A DNA stretch of 64,000 bases, from positions 1,612,001-1,676,000 of the forward strand of contig JANJGN010000036.1 of assembly GCA_026770705.1 (NCBI GenBank), written 5' to 3'. Shown piece after piece: positions 1-11,625 of the stretch (position 1 is its first letter; the number at the start of each line of letters is the position of its first letter). The translations under genes were made by a program, and so were the position numbers. The notes under the pieces were generated by a model. It had not been told where the DNA came from. It saw only the letters and a list, made by a program, of their open reading frames with translations, and made no database searches. This stretch comes from Isurus oxyrinchus (lineage: Eukaryota).

Positions 1-1005
1 AGACGGGGTGAGAAAGAGAGAGCCAAAGAAATGAGATGAGGGAGAGAGATGCAAAGAGATGTGAGCAAGTGAAAGATGAAGAGATGGGGTGAGAGAGAGA
101 AAAACATTGAACTGGGGAATAGAGGGAGTAAGTTAGAGAAAGGTAGGTCAAGGAGGAGGCATGGAAAGAGAGAGCAACAGAGGGATGTGGTGAGGAAGAG
201 AAACAGTTTGGAAGAGAGAAGGACAGAGAAGAACAGAGAAATTGGGTGCGGGAGAGAGGACGAGGAATGGGGTGAAAGAGAGACAGAGAGAGACAGGGTG
301 AGAGAGAGTGAGAGAGACGGCAAGAGAGAGAGAGGTGGGCTGCATGGGAGAGAGACGTGGCACTATAGAGATAGAGTGAGACCGAGAGAGGCTGCAACAT
401 AGAGACGGGTTGCAACGGAGACAGAGAGACAGATTGAGACCGAGAGTGTGACAGAGAGACGTGGTGCACGAGAGAGAGATCAAGTGACAGACAATGAAGC
501 CGAGATGGGCGAGAGAGAGAGGGAGGGGTGAGAGAGAAAGCAGGTCAGAGAAATGGGGTGAGAAAGAGACAGGAAGAAAGGGGAGTGAGTGAATCATAAA
601 GAGGTGGGGTGAGAGAGAGTAAAACAGTGAGATGGGATGAGAGAGACAGGGAGATGGGGTGAGAATGACAGAGAGATGGGCCGAGATAGAGTGTGAAAGA
701 GACAGAGCTTGATTGAGAGACAGGGAGACTGAGCAAGAGAGAAAAGGAAGTGAGGTGAGAGCGTTTTATGCAACAGAGAGTGAGGTAGGTTGAGAAAGAG
801 AAAAAGTTCTGGGTTGACAGAGGAAGACACAGGTGGGTAAGAGCGAGAAAGGGAGAGCGTGTGTGAGAGAGAGAGGCTGAGTGATAGGTTGAGAGGGGAA
901 AAAGAGATGGGGTGAGAACGAGAGTCAGAGCAATGGGACAATTGAAGGCAAAGGAAGTAGGGACAGAAAGAAAGAGAAAGAGATGTGTAAGTGGAGCAAG
1001 ACAGG
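1..1005. repeat. Degenerate purine-rich (GA)n low-complexity tract
   Basis: Almost pure A/G sequence with GAGAGA/GACAGA units; ORFs here are E/R- or S/L-rich artefacts. Confidence 0.9.
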
Positions 1006-1007
1006 GA

Positions 1008-1508
1008 ATGGAAGGAGATCAATTCCACACCTTTAAAATGGAGGGAGATCCCTGCACTCTCTTTAAAATTGATGGGATCCCTCCTCCCTCTACAAAATGG
1101 AGGGGGATCACTTCTCCACCTTTAAAATGAAGGTAGATCGCTTTCCCACCTTTTAAATGGAGGGAGATCCCTTCTCCATCTTAAGAATGGAGAGAGATCC
1201 TTTCCCCATCTTTGAATTGGAGGAATGTCACTCCTCACTCTGCAAAAGAGAGAGGGACCACTTCTCCATCTTTAAACTGGAGGGAAATCTCTTCTCCTTT
1301 TTTAAAATGGAGGGGTCCTGCTCTCCCCCTTTAAAATGGAGGGAGATCCCTACTCCATCTTTAAAATTGAAGGAGACACTTCTCCATCTTTAAAATGTAG
1401 GGAGATCCCTGCTACATCCTTAAAGTGGAAGGAGATCCCTTCTCCATCCTTAAAGTGGAGGGAGATGACTTATCCATCCATAAAATGGAGGGAGATCCCT
1501 TCCCCAAC
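1008..1508. repeat. ~30-bp minisatellite, ~17 units, consensus ATGGAGGGAGATCCCTTCTCCATCTTTAAA
   Basis: Units read directly, e.g. atggagggagatcccttctccatcttaaga and atggagggagatccctactccatctttaaa; period 29-30 nt. Confidence 0.92.
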
Positions 1509-1749
1509 ATGTGACGTGTAACTGCAGGAACCTACAATGGAGGAAAGATTAAAGCTTATTTGAGAATGAAAACATAACCTGTGTGTGTAGCACAGAACGG
1601 TTACAGCACCGGAGGAGGCCATTCAGCCTTTCGAGCTACTGTCGACTCTCTGCCAGTGCAGTTTTGCTTCCCACACTTGTCCATCCTTTCCCAGTAACCC
1701 TGCAAAAATTTTCCCCTCAGCCTCACATCCAATTTGTGCTCAAAAAATA

Positions 1750-4700
1750 TGGGATGAGAGAGAGGGACAGAGAGAGAGGGAGCAAGACAGGATGAGAGAG
1801 AGAGAGACAATGTCAAACAGAGAGGTAGAGAGAAAGGGAGAGAGCGAAAGAGCGAGAGGGAAAGAGAGAGAGAGAGAGAGAGAAAGAGATCTGGACAGAG
1901 CAAGAGAGAGGAAACGAGAGACAAAGACAAAGAGAGGGAGACAGTGAGAGAGAGACAGAAACCGGGTGAGAGAGAGGCACGGAGAGGGAGAGAGATTCAG
2001 AGTGTGGGAGAGAGGGAGACAGAACAATAGAGAGACAGGATAAGAGAGAGCATCACAGGGCAAGGGAGAAAAGACAGGAAGCGACAGAGAGATGGGACTG
2101 AGAGTGAAAGAGAGACGAGGCAAGAGGGAGAGGGCACGAGGGTTACAGAGGCCTGAGGTGAGAGAGACAGAGTGAGAGAGAAGGACAGAGAGCAACAAGG
2201 AGCCAGAGTGAGGGAGAGATGGGGCGATAGAGAGAGTGGGACAGAGGGCGAGAGAGAGACGGGGTGAGAATGAGGGACTGACAAACAGTTTGAGAAAGGA
2301 TCTCCATCCTCTCTCACCATCAATCTCTCATCCAAAAATAGAGAGAGCATCAGGAAAGAGAGAGCGTGAGAGGGGCAGAGAGAGTGTGGGGGTGTGGCAG
2401 AGAGAGAGTGTGGAGAAGGCAGAGAGAATGTTGGGGGTCAGAGAGAGTGTGAGGGACAGAGATTGTGAGGGGGAGGTGGGAGAGAGAGTTTGGGGGGTAA
2501 GGGAGAGCGTGGGAGGGCAGAGATAGTGTGGGGGTGGGTGGGAGAGAGAGTGTGGGGGTCAGAGAGATTGAGGGGGTGGGTGCGAGAGAGATTGTGGTGG
2601 GGTCAGAGAGAGTGTGGGCCACAGAGAGAGTGTGGGAGTGCAGAGAGAGTGTGGGGTGGCGAGAGAGTGTGAGAAATTTTGTTTGAGAGGGTTTGCATGT
2701 TAGGGGAATTGTGTGTGAGAGGGATTGTGTGAGAGTGAGAGCGTGTGTTGGTGAGAGCGAGAGAGAGATTGTGTGTGAGAGACTGTATGTGAGAGATTGC
2801 AGGAGTGAATTTGAGAGAGGGAGAGTGTGTGAGTTTGTGTATCAGAACGTATGTGTGTGTGAGAGTTTGTGTGCGTGTGTGTGAGAGAGAGAGGGAGAGA
2901 GAATGCGTGTGTGCGTGTGTGAGGGAGAGAGAGAGAATGTGTGTGTGAGTGTGTAGTGAGAGTTAGAAAATGTGTGTGTGTGAAAGAGAGAAATATGTGT
3001 GAGTGTGACTGTGTGTGTGAGGGTATGTGTTTTGTGTGTATGTGAGAGACAATGTATGCGTGTGTGCGTGAGAGGCTGTTTGTGTGTATGTGTGTGTGTC
3101 TGCGTGTATGAGAAAGAATGTATGTGTCTGAGTATGTGTACGTGTGTGTGATAGAGAATCTGTGTTTGTGAGAGAGAGAATGTGCATGTGCGTGAAATAG
3201 AGAATATATCTGTGTGAGCATGTCTGTCTGTGAGAGGGTATGTGTGTGTGTCTGCGTGTATCAGAAAGAATACACCTGTGTGTGTGTTTGTGAGAGAGTC
3301 TGCATGTGTGAGTGTGATAGAGATAATGCGTGTGTATATGTATGTGAGGGAGAATATATCTATCTGTGATTGTGACTGTGAGTGTGACTGTGTGTGTGTC
3401 TATGTATGAGAAAGATTACATCTATGTGGGTGTGTTTGTGTTAGAGTCAGAATATGTGTGTTGATGTGTGTGAGAACGAATATATCTCTGTGAGTGTGCC
3501 TTCACGTGTGTGTGTGTGTGTGTGTGTGTGCCTATGTATCAGAAAGAGTACATCTGCCAGTGTGTGTTTGTGTGCATGAGAAAGAGTATACCTGTGTGTC
3601 TGTGTTTGTGTGAGGGAGAAAATGCGTGTGTTTGTGTGTGTGGAAAAGAATCTATCTGTGTGTGAATGTGTGTGTGTCTGAGGTTGTGTATGTGTGTGTC
3701 TGCGTGTATGAAAAATAATATATCTGTGCGAGTGTATGTGTGAGGGAGAGAGAATGGGTGTGACTGTGTCTGAGAAAAAGAGAGAATGTGCGCGAGGGAG
3801 AAAACATCTGTGAGCGAGACTGTGTATGTGAGGGTATGTGTTTGTGTTCATGAGAGAGAGAGGGAGAGAGAGAAAATTGGTGTCAGTAAGAGAGAGTATA
3901 TGCGTGCGTTTGAGTGTGACAGTGTGTGAGTGTGTGTGTTGTATGTGTGTGTGTGAGAGAGAGAGAGAGAGACAATGTTCTTGTATGTGTCCAAGGGGGA
4001 GAATTTATCTGTGTGAGTGTGACCATCTGTATGTGAGGGCATGTCTGTGTGTGTGCCGGTGTGTGAAAAAGAATATATCTGTATGTGTCTCTGTGTGTGA
4101 GAGAGAAAATACATCCGTGTCAGTATGCCCGCATGTGTGTGAGAGAGAGAATATGTGGGTGTGTGCGTTGTGTGCATGTCTGTGTGTGTTTGTGTGTGAC
4201 TGTGTGTGTGTACGTGTGTGAAATAGAAAATGTGAGAGAGAGAGAAAATATCTGTCTGAGTGTGACTGTGTGCGTGTGTGTGTTTGTGTGCGAGTGAGAG
4301 AGAGAATGTGTGTGCATGTGTGCGTGTTTGCCGGTGTATGAGAAAAAATATACCGGTGAGCGTCTCTGTGTGTGAGAGAGAAAATAGATATCTGTATGAG
4401 TATGCCCGCATTTGAGAGAGAGAGAGAATATATGTGTGTGCGTACACTTGAATGTCTGTGTGTGTGTTTGTGTGTTTGCATGTGTGAGAGAGAAAATATG
4501 TGTGAGAGAGTATGCCTGTGTGAGTATGACTCTGTGTTTGTGTGTGTGAGTGTGGGAGAGAGTATGTGCGTGACTGTGCGTGTGTGTGAGTGACTGCATG
4601 TTTGTGAATGTGTTTGTGTTTGTGCTGGAGGGAGAGAGAATTGGTGTTTTTTAAGACAGAGGATCTGTGTGCGTGTGAGAGAGAATGTATGTATCTGTGT

Positions 4701-4908
4701 GAGTGTGACTGTATGTGTGTGTGTGCGTGTGTGTGTGCATATGTATGAGAAAGATTATGTCTTTGTGAGTGTGTGGAAGAGGGAGTGTGTGTGTGCATGA
4801 AAAATAATATATCTTTCTGGTGTTTATGGGTGGGGGAACGTGTATGTGTTTGCGTGCATATGAAATAGAAAATCTACCTGTGTGAGTGTGACTGTGTGTG
4901 AGAGGGTA

Positions 4909-4949
<41 letters not shown>

Positions 4950-5045
4950 CTGCGTGTATTAGATAGAATATATCTGTCTGAGTATGTGAGCGTGTGAGAG
5001 AGGGACTGTGTGTGTTTATGTGTGAATATATCTGTGAGCATGACT
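1750..5045. repeat. Long degenerate (GA)n then (TG)n low-complexity tract
   Basis: GA-rich 1750-2670 grading into TG-rich 2700-5045 with pure (TG)n runs; His/Thr- and Val/Cys-rich ORFs are artefacts. Confidence 0.9.
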
Positions 5046-5050
5046 GTCTG

Positions 5051-5834
5051 CCCTGTTGCTGTTAACAGTTTCCAGAAATAACTGAAATATTATTCGGCCT
5101 CTGTGTGTTTATTGTGCTTTGGGGAAGGGTCACCAGTTTCACCAGAGTCAACATTGATTTATGAAAGTAAACGTTTCCTTGGCAATTCTGTTGGAACTTT
5201 TTTGATGTTTGTGGCTGGCAGGGTGAATAAGGGGCAAGAGTGGAGGTAGTGCATTTGGTTTCCACGTCAGTTGATATCCCCTGTATCACCGAAACATACA
5301 GGGGTGCAGACCAAGAGCTGCAAAATTGTAATAGATTGCAGAGCTCTTCACTTCTGGGCCAGCACGGACACACTGTGAATAATGGCTGTAAGGATGTGAA
5401 AATAAATTCTCTCGTTTATATTGTTTATGTTTTAATGCTTTTTTGTCTCGGGCCAAGAATCCGTGTGAGGAATTGAGAAAGCAATCTTGGAAACATAATT
5501 AATAAAAAACTTTCAGCAAAATCAAAAGTGTTAGGTTAAACATTGACAATGTATTGTAGAGGAGTTACAGAGTACAGCAAAGTTTATCTACTCCCATTCT
5601 GAACGGGATTACAGTCTGATAACTGAACCAACTGTGCACATTGCAGACTGAAATAATCCCCAACTACCATCTCCTGTCGATATCACCATGCGGAATGAGG
5701 AGAGAGCTCATGTACAGGGTGAGGTTGTAAAAGAACGAATGCAACACCCGATCAATCTGTGCACCCTGTTGCAAACTTCAACCCCTTACAGTATTGGTCA
5801 ATATTCACTCTTCATCAGTCTTTTTGCAGATGCA
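5051..5834 (+). repeat. ~780-bp segment present in inverted orientation at 25077-25856 (block D)
   Basis: Exact 43-mer at 5330-5372 equals the reverse complement of 25541-25583; ORF-track peptides MRNEERAHVQGEVVKERM (+) and MRTEERAHVQGQVVKERM (-) match. Confidence 0.9.
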
Positions 5835-5847
5835 CCCACCCTAGACA

Positions 5848-5922
5848 CCTCCCTCCCCCCGCAACCCCCCCCCCCCCCCCCCCCACCCTTCCCCCCCCCC
5901 CCCCCCCCCCCCCCCCCGTCCC
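5848..5922. repeat. Poly-C tract (G-quadruplex-forming potential on - strand)
   Basis: Runs of C up to ~27 nt; explains the poly-Pro and poly-Gly ORFs. Confidence 0.85.
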
Positions 5923-7859
5923 TGCATTAGGAGTACGGAAATCTAACCTGGGAAGAGGAGGAGCAGGGCGCAGAGAGTGAAGACGCCCATTGTCGGCGGC
6001 CGAGGCTGTGGCTGAAGTTGTGATTTTCACATTCAACACTTATTTCTCTGCGGGGTCGGAAGCCTCAATCCAGGCGGGGAACCGGGTGAAACAGTGAAAT
6101 GCGGAACGCGGAAATTGGGCGCTGCCTTTTAAACACAGGCGGTTGGAAAATACAGCAGGAGGTAAACGATGACTCTGATCTTCCTCTTTACTCGCTCAGC
6201 TCCCACACACAGGTCTTGCCTGCAAAGCGATTGAAGAAGTTCACCCGCTGCTGTATTAAACGGTTTGCAACATATCCTTGTGCCCACTGCAGTCAGCAGC
6301 GGCTGTAACTCTGAACAATAAACTGCTGCTTTAAGGCGGAACACATTCGGCCTTCATAAAGATTGTAGAAATGTTTCGGTTCTTTTGGGGTGTATCAAAC
6401 ACTGGTGAGGTTGGTCCCATTTATTTTATTCTTCCATTCGTATTTGATAAATCATATTCCGCCTTTGGAAGGGGAGGTTGTGGAAGTTTTGACTCCCTTG
6501 GAATTAAGCACAATATGAAAGCTGATGCTTTCAAAAGCAATTACTGAGCACAGGAGATTTTGACCTTCCGGAATCCCATGTGAGGGCAATGGACTGAGGG
6601 CGCGTCCGTCATCTTAATTTAACGTTGAGTGGGTTGTGGGGGGTGGCGTTTATGCTTTGGTTCTGTTTGATTAAACAAATTGTAACCCCGTTGTTTAGAA
6701 ATAATGCCGGCAAGTACTTCCTCACAGAGAAGGCATTGGAAATCTGCGACCCATTCGTTTTACAGCAGGAAATTGAAACTAGCAAGTTTTTGTTGGGATT
6801 GCTGGGCGAGAGAATGGAATTAAGACACAGACGAAAAACGACATTCCTGAATGGCTGCAGAGGCTCACGGACTCCTCATGTTCCTAGGCTCTGGGACATG
6901 GATGGCTGCATCGAACATGTACCCATCCTGGTAACATCAGTCGACACATACTGCAAGCTCTATTTAGAGTAAATGTTCTCCTTATTCTAGTTAGCGACTT
7001 AGGGTTCCTTACAAAGGATTTCTTTTGCTCGGATAATTTCAGGCGTGGAGCTGGCGCGATTTCTGGTCCAATAGACACGGACCGGGTTTCCAACGCTTAA
7101 AATAAAGCAACAGGACTTCTCTCTGGGATCTCAGAGCAGTTGTGCAGTTAATGTTGTCCATCTTGGCTATTCGAGCCAAAATTATGAAGAAGAGTAGCTA
7201 GAAAATATAATAGAGAAAACAGTTAAGGCGTGAGAGATGTGCAAGTCACTCTGTTAATGCAACCGATTCACTACTTTGAATTACATAGAATGCAAAGCAC
7301 AGAAGCAGATCATTCGGCCCATTTAATTCTGTCAATGTTTATCCTTAAGACAAAGCTTTACCCATTGTTATGAAAGGGCAGATGAGGTGTACCAGGCAAA
7401 TCCACGAGGGAAAGTTGGTCGCTCCCTCACAAAGGCTTCACAATTTGTATGTGTTACGAAATCTGCGCACTGAATTCAGAAGTAAAACGTCCACCAAGGC
7501 ATTTAGAGATTTTTAAAAAGTAAATGAAAATGTTCATTAACAAAATGAAAGGTGTCTAGCTCATACATAACGCTACGGTTACGACTGTAATACCTCCTAA
7601 CAACCCTAATTAACCTGACCCCCCAGTTACACACCATTTAAGGCAATGTTCCAAAATAGATGTTACTTTTGAAACAAACTCAGCATTTAACACAATATCC
7701 TGGACAGTGGAATTCAAAATTGATTTTCCCCAACTTCGGTTTTGTTAAATTGCAGACTTATTGCACAAATCCTGGAGACTTCATTAAGGCTACTTCACAC
7801 ATTCCTGTTAGATCCTACATGGCATGGTGACACATAGAATTTTCTTTTCCTTTACATAT

Positions 7860-8210
7860 CTGCCTCCCTTACCAATATGTCGAAGAAGGCTTGGTGAGTT
7901 CCTGCTGTGCATCTTGTAGATGCTGCACAATTCTGCTGCTGTGCGTCGGTGGTGCAGGGACTGCATGTTTGTGGATAGGGTGCCAATAAAGCAGTCTGAT
8001 TTGCCCTCTGTCCTGCATGGTGTCAAGCATCTTGATTGTTGTTGGACAAGGCAAGCTGAGAGTATTCAATCACACCCCTGACTCGTGCTTTATAGACGGT
8101 GGACTGGCTTTGGGGAATCAGGAGGTGATTCACTCGCTGAAGGACTCCTAGCCTCTGATGCCCTTATAGCCACCGTATTTATATCGCTAGACAAGTTCAG
8201 TTTCTGGTCC
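7860..8210 (-). mobile_element. CR1/L2-clade LINE fragments (RT and 3' region), degenerate
   Basis: Reverse strand resembles the LINE family also seen at 19900-20370 and 35300-35490 (...tctacaagatgcacagcagg...). Confidence 0.6.
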
Positions 8211-8738
8211 AAAGTTGAAGGGTTTAGGTACATACCGGAGTTAAGTGGAACAACCCTAAATGGAACACACTAAAATGTATAATTCAGTTACTGAATGAGA
8301 AAAATTAAAGAGGTGAGCTACATCCCAGCCAATTCAAGAGCAATACTAAGAAACGTAGTGTACCAATTGGTATTTAATTACCGAAGGAGCACTGCAGATT
8401 AAAAGGCATCATCGAAACGCCAGAACATCTAGCTATAAATATAATGATGTTTGAAATAACAACGTCTTTAATTGGAATAAAATATGTCTAACCTTCATGA
8501 TAATGAATTGTGCAGCTCTAATCCAGTCTATGTGCTAAACATATTCTGCCATAACACGGACTTAATAGGATGTCGTAATATGTTTGTTCCAATTTTGACA
8601 AGAAATTATTTTGCAATCGACATATCCCCCATGGATCTCTCACATGGTATTAATTAAAGACTCTGCGAATGTACTGATTCAGAGTTTAATTCAATGGAAT
8701 TGACTGCAGAACGAAAGACTGGTTACTTCACAAAGAAA

Positions 8739-10634
8739 ATGCTTGAAGCATTTTACGGCATCAGGAAAGTGTACTACACAATCCTTGCCATTATTGGTGT
8801 TCCAGGTGAGTGAGTGAAACTGTTGAAGTCGTTCAAATACTTCTGAGTAGAGGTTGTGTTTGCTCATGACGTTACCGATTATGTTGTGAGCCGATGTATG
8901 GTCACTCTTATGCAGTCATTGGATCAGTTATATCATTTCATTCATGCTGAATGGTCCTTGCCATTTTGTTCAATTCACCGAAGCTTGACACAAACAACAG
9001 CACTGAAGTCAACATTTCGTTGCATTACCATACTCCTTCATTTAGTGGAACATCTGCAATTGGTGAATCGAACATTGGTTTAGGCAACTCTCTTAGCAAA
9101 GTTTGTAGTGAAATTTTCGATGCACGATGTGTGTCAATTGGCATAAAACACCAGGCACCAGACGGAATATATTTCGCCGTAGAATTTCCAGTCCGTACGG
9201 TTCACTAAATGGATTGGAGCAAAAGAGCCCAGTCTATGTATCACTGGCAGTGTATGTAATTGCACCATTGAGCTGAGTGGCTGTTCATTACCTGCAGTGG
9301 AACAAGTCAGTAATGCTTCAAAATCATTCCTTCAGACGAATGATTGTGTATTTTGATTGAGTGGTTTACCTGCTTTACGAATGTAAATGGTGATGTTGGC
9401 TCGATGTGTTTGGCAGTAAGACTAGAGAATGGTGTTTATTGATTAGTGTCCTCTTTCCTATTGATATGCATGGCCAGAGAAAGATGTAGCGAATTTACTG
9501 ATAGCTGAACAGCAAGACAGCATTGATAAATAGAAAAAATAACGTGTATAACGGATATAATGTCCTGTATATAATCTTGTGCCCCTATTATAACAAAGGT
9601 GGGCCTTTGGACGTGCGTTAGGGGCATAGTTCTGAGTCTTTAACCTTGCTGCGTTCTCGTTGACAGAAGACACCACTAACTTAAATGCTTTATTTTCTTC
9701 TTGTACCCTTCTTTCTCTTGCAGTTAACTTGGTGGCGATAGTGATACTGTCCCGGGGCAGCTGCGGTCTATCTACCTGCACTACCCGCTACCTGGTGGCC
9801 ATGGCAACGGCGGATCTAATGGTTATTATCACTGAGATCATACTGTACCAAATCCAGTATTATTACTTCCCGCTATTTTTCCTGAGAATCACCCCTATGT
9901 GCAGTATTTTCACTGTCCTGAGGTTTTCAGCCACTCATTGTTCCGTCTGGTTCACTGTCAATTTCACATTCGATCGATTTGTGGCCATTTGCTGCCAGAC
10001 CATGAAAAGAAAATATTGCACCGACAAAACTGCAGCCTTGGTCCTCACGGCAACTTGCATTCTGCTCAGTTTGAAAAACGTTCCCTACTATTTTACATAT
10101 GACCCGGAAGAAATAATTGACAGTGTGCCCTGGTTCTGTTCCAGAAAGCCAAGCTATTACACTGAGCCCGGATGGGTGGGGTTTGATTTGTTTGATACTG
10201 TTTTAACGCCATTGCTGCCATTTACTTTAGTCATCTCTCTCAACGCTCTGACGGTCAGACACATTATGGTGGTCAGTCGTGCCCGTAAGGAACTGAAGTG
10301 TCAGCGGAACGGAGGGAATGGTATTGACCCCGAGCTGGAGAGCAGGAGGAAGTCTGTGATTTTACTCTTCACCATATCAGCAAACTTCATATTCCTGTGG
10401 CTATCGTTTGTTATCCATTTCTTATATTACAGCATTTCAAGCACAAATCCTGCTGATTATACGGATTCCTTATATATCTTTCGACATGCCGGGTATATGC
10501 TGCTGAATCTAAGTTGCTGCACAAACACGTTCATTTACGCGGTGACTCAGTCCAAGTTCAGAGAGAAATTCAAGAGTGTAGTGAAATATCCGGTTACCAC
10601 AATTCTTCAATTGATTAAGAAACAGAAGAAGTGA
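8739..10634 (+). CDS. Intact two-exon GPR139/GPR142-like class A GPCR (~325 aa); exon 1 8739-8805, exon 2 9724-10634
   Basis: Exon 1 MLEAFYGIRKVYYTILAIIGVP ends CAG|GTGAGT (phase 1). Polypyrimidine acceptor ttctttctcttgcag at 9723 resumes in frame with VNLVAIVILSRG. Seven hydrophobic segments, AMATADL (TM2), FDRFVAICC (DRY equivalent), NTFIY (NPxxY equivalent), stop at 10632-10634, AATAAA at 11021. Confidence 0.9.
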
Positions 10635-11278
10635 AAACGGTCCAGATGCGTTTTTCAGCGTTTGTATTCCGTGAATATGCTTTCCACCCCCCAGAGTCCC
10701 ATCAGCTTAATGAGACCCAGTACCGCTGCTGATCTGAAAATATCAACAGTACACGGCGCTAACGTGGTACTTCGGACACAATATTATTTCTGTTTGCCAG
10801 TCTGGGCATTTTCTTTCTGCACATCAGCACGATTTTGATGCATTGCCTCATGTGTAGAGAGCCACTCTGGCTGTCACTGATGTATCTGTCTCCTCCACAA
10901 TTTCTACACAAGCAGAGCTCGCCTGCTTTCAGAAAAATCCTTCTAAACGTCGGTTAATAAGCGATAAATATAAATATATGACGGCCATCTCTAAAGTACA
11001 TGAGGCTTTGAAATTACCTAAATAAATAGCAGCCCGTGTTAAAGAATGAGGAATAACTGTGACCGATCAGCTTTCCCAAATGGACTGTAACAGAGGCACC
11101 TTGGAGTTGGGCTGCTCTCCCCGGCGTTCCACACCTGTTGCTGCGGCGTCTCAATGGAGATTGCGAAAAGATTATTTACTGTAACCGGCAGAAAATTTGG
11201 CCTCTTTATTCTCCATTTTTCTGCGTTCCTTCTTCTCAATAGATCATCCTCTGCGACCCCTTGATGACAGCAGATACT

Positions 11279-11460
11279 GATCTACTCTCTGCTGGATAAT
11301 GTCAAAATCACACACACACACCTTTACCGATATAACCCTCTGTTGGATAATGTCAGAATCACACACACACAACTTTACCGATCTAACCCTCTGTTGGATA
11401 ATCTCAGAATCCCTTACACACACCTTTACCGATCTAAACCTCTGTTGGATAATGTCAGCA

Positions 11461-11500
<40 letters not shown>

Positions 11501-11625
11501 ACACAGCTTTCCCGATCTAACCCTGTGTTGGGCAATTTCAGATTCACATCCACACCTTTACCAATCTACCCCCTGCAGGATCACCTGAGAATCACAAAAA
11601 CACACCTTTACGGTTGCAAGCCTGT
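11279..11625 (+). repeat. ~50-bp tandem repeat (GATCTAACCCTCTGTTGGATAATGTCAGAATC-(CA)n-CTTTACC), 6-7 units
   Basis: Units read directly, with a variable (CA)n inside each; the same unit occurs at 26675-26775 and 49630-49823. Confidence 0.88.

Noticed and set aside
76-4798. Many long ORFs (up to 316 aa) rich in His/Thr, Ser/Leu, Glu/Arg or Val/Cys
   Set aside because: Translations of (GA)n and (TG)n low-complexity DNA, open in several frames on both strands.
5688-6039. Poly-proline and poly-glycine ORFs
   Set aside because: Produced by a poly-C tract; the homologous block at 25077-25856 lacks it.
9660-9723. N-terminus of the 324-aa ORF as given in the ORF track
   Set aside because: Starts at TTG within the intron's polypyrimidine tract; the real start is the ATG exon at 8739-8805.
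11279-11625. CRISPR-like repeat-spacer appearance (also 1008-1508)
   Set aside because: Intervening parts are (CA)n variants rather than unique spacers, there are no cas genes, and the context is a vertebrate genome.
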